From an uncultured Acidobacteriota bacterium (lineage in GTDB: Bacteria > Acidobacteriota > JAQAZP01), in NCBI GenBank assembly GCA_963836075.1, contig CAWIIB010000009.1, positions 3,200,001 to 3,264,000 on the forward strand: DNA of 64,000 bases, read 5' to 3'. Shown here piece by piece: positions 57,883 to 64,000 of the stretch. Each line of letters starts with the position of its first letter. The first letter of the stretch is position 1. The translations under genes and the position numbers were made by a program. The notes under the pieces are model-generated. The model did no database searches and had not been told where the DNA came from. It was given only the letters and a program-made list of their open reading frames with translations.

Positions 57883-57911
57883 TTGACAGAGATTGCCGGC
57901 GGGGCTATATT
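57883..57911 (+). promoter_or_regulatory. Sigma70 promoter of tRNA-tilS
   Basis: TTGACA-N17-TATATT followed by a GC-rich stretch. Confidence 0.7.
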
Positions 57912-57941
57912 TGGCCACCCTTCACGGGGAGCCCTATGGAT

Positions 57942-58018
57942 GGCGGTTTAGCTCAGGTGGTTAGAGCACACGGCTCATATCCGTGGTGTCCGGGGTTCGA
58001 CTCCCTGAACCGCCACCA
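57942..58018 (+). tRNA. tRNA with CAU anticodon, most likely elongator tRNA-Met
   Basis: GGCGGTT/AACCGCC acceptor stem, D arm AGCTCAGGTGGTTAGAGC, anticodon arm CACGG-CTCATAT-CCGTG, GTTCGA T loop and encoded CCA. Confidence 0.93.
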
Positions 58019-58065
58019 TTTCTACCAGCAGTGTCGACAACCGGTTTCTTTCCGGCGAGGCTCCC

Positions 58066-59579
58066 ATGGCACGCTCCGTCTTCCAAGCCACGATTCTCGA
58101 GCACCACATGCTGTGCGAAGGGGACGGAGTGGTGGCCGCCCTTTCCGGCGGCCCTGACTCCATCGCGCTGCTCCGCCTGCTGCTGGACGCGGCTGTCAAA
58201 ATGCGCCTGCGGATTCACGGAGCGCACTTCAACCACTGGCCTGCGGGGCGCGGAAGCTGACGGGGACGAGGCCTTTGTCCGCCAACAGTGCCGGCGTCTG
58301 GGTGTGCCCTGCACCACGGCCAGGGCCGGAAGCCCCGCCGGACAAAGGGGAAAACGTGGAGCAATGGGCGCGGGAGGCCCGCTACCGGTTTCTGGAGGAG
58401 GTCCGTTCGACCCTCGGTTTCCGCAGGATCGCCCTGGGACACAACAGGGACGATCTGGCCGAGACGTTTCTGATGCGCCTGCTCAGGGGCAGCGGGCTCA
58501 GCGGCCTGGCCTGTCTCCGCCCGGTGCGCGAGGACGGCGTGATCCGGCCGATGCTCGGCCTCCCCCGGGCCGAGGTGCTGGCTTTCCTCGAGGATATTGA
58601 ACAGCCGTATCGCGTCGATTCCAGCAACCGGGACCCGGACCGGCTGCGCAACCGCGTGCGGCACGAACTCCTGCCACTGCTGGAGCGTAAATACAATCCC
58701 CGGATCCGTGAGCGGCTGGCCGACACCGCCGGACTGCTGCTGGGCGACGAGGACCAGCTGGAACTGGCGGCGGAGGGGGAGCTGGACCGTCTGGTCGAGG
58801 ATCCGGAGCGGGTCGGCCCGGTGGAACTGTCCGGCAGCCGGCTGCTGGAACTGCCGGCCGCGCTGGCCCGCCGGGTTGTGCGCGGGGCGTTGCGGCGGAG
58901 TGCGGGCCACCTGCGGAGTATTGACCGGGGGCACGTGGAAGCCGTGCTCCGCCTGGCCGCGGCCGCGGCCAGCGGAGAGAAGAGCATCGACCTTCCGGGG
59001 GATATCCTGGTGCGGGTATCCTACGGCCGGCTGATCATCGACGCAGGCCCCGGGGGGCACGATTTCGGGCAGTGGTGCCGGACGTTGGCGATCCCAGGCC
59101 GGACACGACTGGAGGAATGCGGCCTCACCGCGGTGGTCACCCTGGGACCGGGGCCGCAGGCTCCGGAGGATCGGGATCTGGAGTGGCCGGATGTCCGTAC
59201 CACGGTGCTGCTGAACGGTGCCGTTGCGCAAGAGGCATGTCTGGTCATGCGCTCCTGTCGGCCCGGTGACCGTTATTGTCCGGCGGGAGCGCCGGGCAGC
59301 CGCAAGATCAGCCGGATGCTGATCGACGACCAGGTGCCGCGCCACCGCCGGCCTATGACGCCGCTGCTGGCTGTGGGAGAGGAGCCGATCTGGCTCCCCG
59401 GACACCGCCCGGCGGCCCGCTGGGGTTGGCGGGATGGAAGCGGCGCGCCCTGTCTTCGTCTGGTACCTGTGTCCCGCCGGAACCGGCCGGCCTCGAAGGT
59501 AAGGCCGTCATCGGAACGGTCTGCGGGAAAAATGGTTTCCAGAAAAAGAAAAGGGGCTGATCGTTTTACAAAGACGTAG
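58066..59579 (+). CDS. tilS: tRNA(Ile)-lysidine synthetase; two apparent +1 frameshifts near 58237 and 58328
   Basis: SGGPDS and HFNH in frame 1, GLRGAEADGDEAFV in frame 2, and AREARY, GHNRDDLAET, RPML, DSSN, RNRVR in frame 3. Confidence 0.9.
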
Positions 59580-59593
59580 TTCTAATTTATAAT
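59565..59593 (+). promoter_or_regulatory. Sigma70 promoter of ftsH
   Basis: TTTACA-N17-TATAAT. Confidence 0.65.
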
Positions 59594-59650
59594 GTATTCA
59601 ATGTTTAAACAGTTTATGATCCGCTTTTCGTTTCGGGTCATGGAGGCTTC

Positions 59651-61634
59651 ATGGTGTCGTCAACGCATATCCGGCAACTGACCCTGTGGTTGGTAATAAT
59701 TGTCATCGCTATCATGCTCTGGCAGGTGCTGAAAAGCACCCAGCAGACCGAAGAAGAGATTATTTTCAGTGATTTCATCGAAATGGTGAAGACCGGAGAG
59801 GTCCGCGAGGTCCGGATCACCGGCCAGAAGGTCGAAGGGAAATACACCACGCCCCGGGACGGCGGGTTCGACACCTTCCACACCTTCTCGCCCAAGTATG
59901 ACGGGCTGGTGGATTTTCTGCGGGAAAACGAAGTCAGGATCGAGGCCAAAGAGGAGAAGGAGAGCGCCTTCCTGCTGGTCCTGGTCCAGTGGGGGCCGAT
60001 GATTATCCTCATCGGTATCTGGATCTTCTTCATGCGCCAGATGCAGAGTGGCGGCAACAAGGCTCTCTCCTTTGGCAAGAGCAAGGCCAAACTCCTCTCC
60101 AGTCAGCAGAAAAAAGTGACCTTCGCTGATGTGGCCGGAGTGGACGAGGCCAAGAACGAGCTGCAGGAGATCATCGAGTTCCTCAAGGAGCCGCAGAAAT
60201 TTCAGAAGCTGGGCGGTCGGATCCCCAAGGGCGTACTGCTCACCGGCGCCCCCGGTACCGGCAAGACCTTGATGGCCCGGGCCATCGCCGGCGAGGCCAA
60301 TGTGCCCTTTTTCTCGATCAGCGGCAGCGACTTCGTCGAGATGTTCGTCGGCGTGGGCGCCTCGCGGGTCCGCGACCTTTTCGAGCAGGGAAAGAAGAAT
60401 GCCCCCTGCCTGATCTTCATCGATGAAATCGATGCGGTGGGCCGCCACCGCGGTGCCGGGATGGGCGGCGGTCACGACGAGCGTGAACAGACCCTGAACC
60501 AGTTGCTGGTGGAGATGGACGGGTTCGAGTCCAGCGAGGGGGTAATCCTCATTGCGGCTACCAACCGGCCCGACGTGCTCGACCCGGCGCTGATGCGGCC
60601 GGGCCGGTTCGACCGGATGGTGGTGGTGGACCGCCCCGACGTCAAGGGCCGGGAGGGGATCCTCAAGGTTCACACGAGGAAGATCCCCCTGGCTGAAAAC
60701 GTGGAGCTGGACGTGCTGGCCCGGGGAACCCCGGGTTTCTCAGGTGCCGATCTGGAGAACCTGGTCAACGAGGCGGCGCTGCTTGCCGCTCGTCTGGACC
60801 GCCCGGCGGTTGAAATGGACGACTTTGAGAAAGCCAAGGACAAAGTGCTGATGGGCACCGAGCGGAAGAGCCTGGTGATCAGCGAGGAGGAGAAGAAAAA
60901 CACCGCCTATCACGAGGCGGGGCACACCCTGGTGGCCGTCTTCCTCGTCGAGTCGGACCCGATCCACAAGGTGACCATCATTCCGCGGGGCCGGGCCCTG
61001 GGAGCCACCCAGCAGTTGCCGCTGGATGACCGGCACACCTACACCAAGCAGTACCTGGAGAACCGCATCTCCATCCTGATGGGCGGACGGGTGTCGGAGG
61101 AGATGTTCCTCGACCACGTGACCACCGGGGCCGGCGATGATCTGAACCGGGCCACCGATCTGGCCCACAAGATGGTCTGTGAACTGGGGATGAGTGACGC
61201 TGGGGCCGCTGACCTTCGGTCGCAAGGACGAGGAGATCTTTCTTGGCCGGGACTTTGTGCAGTCGAAAAACTTCAGTGAGTCCACGGCAAAGAAAATCGA
61301 CGAGGAGATGCACGAGATCGTCTCCCGAAACTACAAGAAGGCCTGGGAGTTGCTCGAACAGCACAAGGATGCGCTGGTCCGGGTGGCTGAAGCTTTGTTG
61401 GTCAAAGAGGTCCTCGACGGAGCTGAGGTTGCAGCCCTGGTCGAGGGCAAGACGTTGGAAGACCTGGTCTTTTCGGAAGAAGGCGGGAGCCGGGCCGACG
61501 CCGGCGCCGGCGGGGACAGTTCGACGGTTGCGGCGGAGGATGAAGACAGCGCACCGGAGACGATTGACCCCGACAGCACGGGCGAGGTTTCCGCGGACGA
61601 GCCGGAGCGGCCGGACAGCGATCCGAAATCCTAA
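59651..61634 (+). CDS. ftsH: ATP-dependent zinc metalloprotease FtsH; apparent frameshift near 61199
   Basis: Two TMs, [24 protein letters not shown] and HEAGH. GMSD continues as LGPLTFG in another frame up to 61634. Confidence 0.95.
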
Positions 61635-61730
61635 CCCCCACGCGAGTTCACCTGCCCGATGTTTTCGGGTTGATCGAGAGGGCGGGCTGTACCTGCCCTT
61701 CACTGCCAGGTCTGCGCCAGGAGTCCGCGG

Positions 61731-62651
61731 ATGACCGGAGCCATACAGGTGAGAACGGAAGAGGGACGCGCCACTGCGGCCCGTCCCTCCTTCCCGCTGG
61801 ACTGGGGTGGGCGCAGGTTGGATTCGGGCCGGCGCACCCTGGTGATGGGGGTGCTCAATGTCACCCCCGATTCGTTCTATGACGGCGGTCGCTATTTCGC
61901 TCCCGGAGCGGCGGTGAACTATGGGCTGGATATGCTGGCCGCCGGGGCCGATATGGTTGATGTGGGAGGGGAGTCCACCCGGCCGGGATCCGACCCGGTG
62001 GACGCCGCCGAAGAGGCGGACCGGGTGCTGCCGGTGATCCGGGAACTCCACCGCCGCGAGCCGGAGGCGCTGATTTCCATTGACACCAGCAAGGCCGCGG
62101 TGGCCGCCGCGGCTCTGGAGGCCGGCGCCTCGGTGGTCAACGATATCAGCGGTTTGACCTTCGATCCGCAGATGGGCGAAACCGCGGCCCGTTTCCAGGC
62201 CGGTCTGGTGCTGATGCACATACAGAACCGGCCGGTGGACATGCAGCAGAAACCGCAGTACGGCGATGTGCTGGAGGAGGTCTACCGCTTCCTCGAAACG
62301 TCGCTCTCCCGGGCGCTGGCGGCCGGTGTGGCGGTTGAAAAGATCGCCGTGGACCCTGGTATCGGGTTTGGCAAGACGCCGGCCCACAATCTGGCCCTGC
62401 TGGACCGGCTGAGCAGGTTGCACCGACTGGAGCGGCCGGTGCTGGTGGGGCTCTCGCGCAAGAGTTTTATCGGCACGGTCCTCGGGGGGGAGCCCGGGGA
62501 ACGACTGTCGGGCAGCCTCGGAGCGGCAGTGGCCGCCGCCCTGCGGGGCGCGCACATCCTCCGGGTGCACGATGTGGAGGCGTCAGTGGGCGCCCTCCGG
62601 ATGGCTGATGCCATTGCGGCCGGCGCACGATGGAGCGCAGGGGAACGATGA
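61731..62651 (+). CDS. folP: Dihydropteroate synthase
   Basis: MGVLNVTPDSF, GGESTRPG, DPGIGFGK, SRKSF and RVHDV. Confidence 0.96.
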   Translation: MTGAIQVRTEEGRATAARPSFPLDWGGRRLDSGRRTLVMGVLNVTPDSFYDGGRYFAPGAAVNYGLDMLAAGADMVDVGGESTRPGSDPVDAAEEADRVLPVIRELHRREPEALISIDTSKAAVAAAALEAGASVVNDISGLTFDPQMGETAARFQAGLVLMHIQNRPVDMQQKPQYGDVLEEVYRFLETSLSRALAAGVAVEKIAVDPGIGFGKTPAHNLALLDRLSRLHRLERPVLVGLSRKSFIGTVLGGEPGERLSGSLGAAVAAALRGAHILRVHDVEASVGALRMADAIAAGARWSAGER

Positions 62652-63502
62652 TCGAATTCTTCAGACAGTTTCAGCTGTTCGGCACCTTCACCGTGATCGA
62701 CGCGGCGGAGATCCTGCTGGTGGCCGTGCTGATCTACCAGCTCTTCCTGCTGGTCCGCGGCACCCGGGCGATGCAGATCGCTTTCGGCATCTTCTTCCTC
62801 TCGCTGGCGTTCTACCTGGCCCAGATCTTCAAGCTGCGCACCGTGCACTACATGCTCGACTACCTCTTCGCCAACATCGTGATCATCGTGGTGATCCTTT
62901 TCCAGAGCGAGATCCGCAAGGTGCTGGCCAACTTCGGGCGCAACCCGCTCTTCCGCCGTTTTTACACCGATTCGCTGGAGGAGACCTTTGCCGAGATCGT
63001 GCTCGCTGCCACCACGCTGTCGGCGGGCAGGACCGGTGCGCTGATCGTCATCGAACGGGAGACCGGCCTCCGGGACTATATCGAGAAGGGCGTCAAGCTG
63101 GACGCCATGTTCTCCTATGAACTGCTGGTGTCGATCTTCAATACGACCTCGCCGCTGCACGACGGTGCGGTGGTGGTCCAGGGCCGCCGCATCGCGGCGG
63201 CGCGCGTCTTCCTGCCACTGACCCAGCGGCTGCTCTCCGACGAGCGCTTCGGGTCGCGGCACCGGGCCGCTCTGGGGATCACCGAGGTGACCGACGCCGT
63301 GGCGGTGGTGGTGTCGGAGGAGACCGGAGGTGTGTCGGTGGCGCGGGACGGCAAGATCACCGAGGAACTGGGCAAGGAAGAGTTGCGCCGGCTGCTGCTC
63401 AACCTGTTCAAGGGGATCACTTCGGCCGACAAGCGCGGCAAGGGAGACGAACCGGCTCGCAAGGTGACGCCGAGAAAGAAGGAGAGCGCTCCGGCTGAAT
63501 AG
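62648..63502 (+). CDS. cdaA: Diadenylate cyclase CdaA
   Basis: Three N-terminal TMs, FQSEIR, GALIVIER, LHDGA, GSRHRAA and VSEETG. Confidence 0.93.
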   Translation: MIEFFRQFQLFGTFTVIDAAEILLVAVLIYQLFLLVRGTRAMQIAFGIFFLSLAFYLAQIFKLRTVHYMLDYLFANIVIIVVILFQSEIRKVLANFGRNPLFRRFYTDSLEETFAEIVLAATTLSAGRTGALIVIERETGLRDYIEKGVKLDAMFSYELLVSIFNTTSPLHDGAVVVQGRRIAAARVFLPLTQRLLSDERFGSRHRAALGITEVTDAVAVVVSEETGGVSVARDGKITEELGKEELRRLLLNLFKGITSADKRGKGDEPARKVTPRKKESAPAE

Positions 63503-63523
63503 AGCAACCGGAGACGGAAGGAC

Positions 63524-64000
63524 ATGCTGAGATTCAATCTCTTTCGCAACACGGGGCTCAAGCTGATCTCGGTATTGCTGGCCGGCCTGCTCTGGCTCTT
63601 TGTGGAGAACGAGAAAACAGGTCTGAAGAGCGTCGAGGTGACCTTGGAATACACCAACACTCCGGAGACTCTGGTGCTGATGCCCGAAAGCCGCGAAACC
63701 ATCACCGCGGTGATCCGTGGCCCCGAGGGGCTGTTGCCGCGACTGCGCGAGGGGAGCCTCACCGCCCAGGTGGACCTGCGGGCGGAGACCTACGGTGAAA
63801 TCCGCTGGCTGTTGACCCCGGAAGATGTGATCGTACCTTACTGGGCCGAGGTGGAGCGGGTGGAACCCCAGCAGTTCATCTTCAACCTCGACCGCAAGGC
63901 TTCAAAAGTGATACCGGTGTTGCCCAAGATGTCGGGTAGCGTGGCCCCCGGATATGTCTTTAAGGACTATGTGGTCAACCCGTCGAAGGTGACCATCGCC
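63524..64000 (+). CDS. cdaR: CdaR/YbbR-like regulator, truncated at the window edge
   Basis: Translated by hand as MLRFNLFRNTGLKLISVLLAGLLWLFV..., the typical YbbR N-terminus, directly after cdaA. Confidence 0.8.
   Translation, partial: MLRFNLFRNTGLKLISVLLAGLLWLFVENEKTGLKSVEVTLEYTNTPETLVLMPESRETITAVIRGPEGLLPRLREGSLTAQVDLRAETYGEIRWLLTPEDVIVPYWAEVERVEPQQFIFNLDRKASKVIPVLPKMSGSVAPGYVFKDYVVNPSKVTIA

Noticed and set aside
58018-58066. Integrative element at the tRNA 3' end
   Set aside because: No integrase and no duplicated tRNA 3' end seen. The tRNA runs straight into tilS.

Overview
GC-rich chromosomal window from a diderm bacterium, probably anaerobic. The gene content and order (folP-cdaA-cdaR, futalosine-pathway mqnD, an outer-membrane beta-barrel, bamA/oah) would fit an Acidobacteriota- or Desulfobacterota-like lineage, but that placement is inference. 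It holds about 48 CDS and one tRNA(CAU). It is rich in peptidases (S41, S9, M20, M49, S8, M14, FtsH) and carries five GT-C-type membrane glycosyltransferases, an ECF sigma/anti-sigma operon, iscS-iscU, glyA, DinG, rpiB, dGTPase, cstA, ltaE and the tilS-ftsH-folP-cdaA-cdaR block. I found no CRISPR array, transposase or prophage. The most unusual items are: (1) a B12-radical-SAM-like protein whose CxxxCxxC motif is cleanly missing, translationally coupled to a TMTC-like mannosyltransferase and a second GT-C; (2) an almost pure (ATKKK)20 histone-H1-like gene behind a ~800 bp non-coding region with four copies of a 25-bp palindromic motif; (3) large secreted proteins with unassigned C-terminal modules; (4) GGGACA/TGTCCC-ended inverted-repeat elements; (5) a lone bamA gene. 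At least 10 apparent +1 insertions break genes, including tilS and ftsH, so the assembly probably contains sequencing errors. All product calls come from motif recognition by eye, not from database searches.
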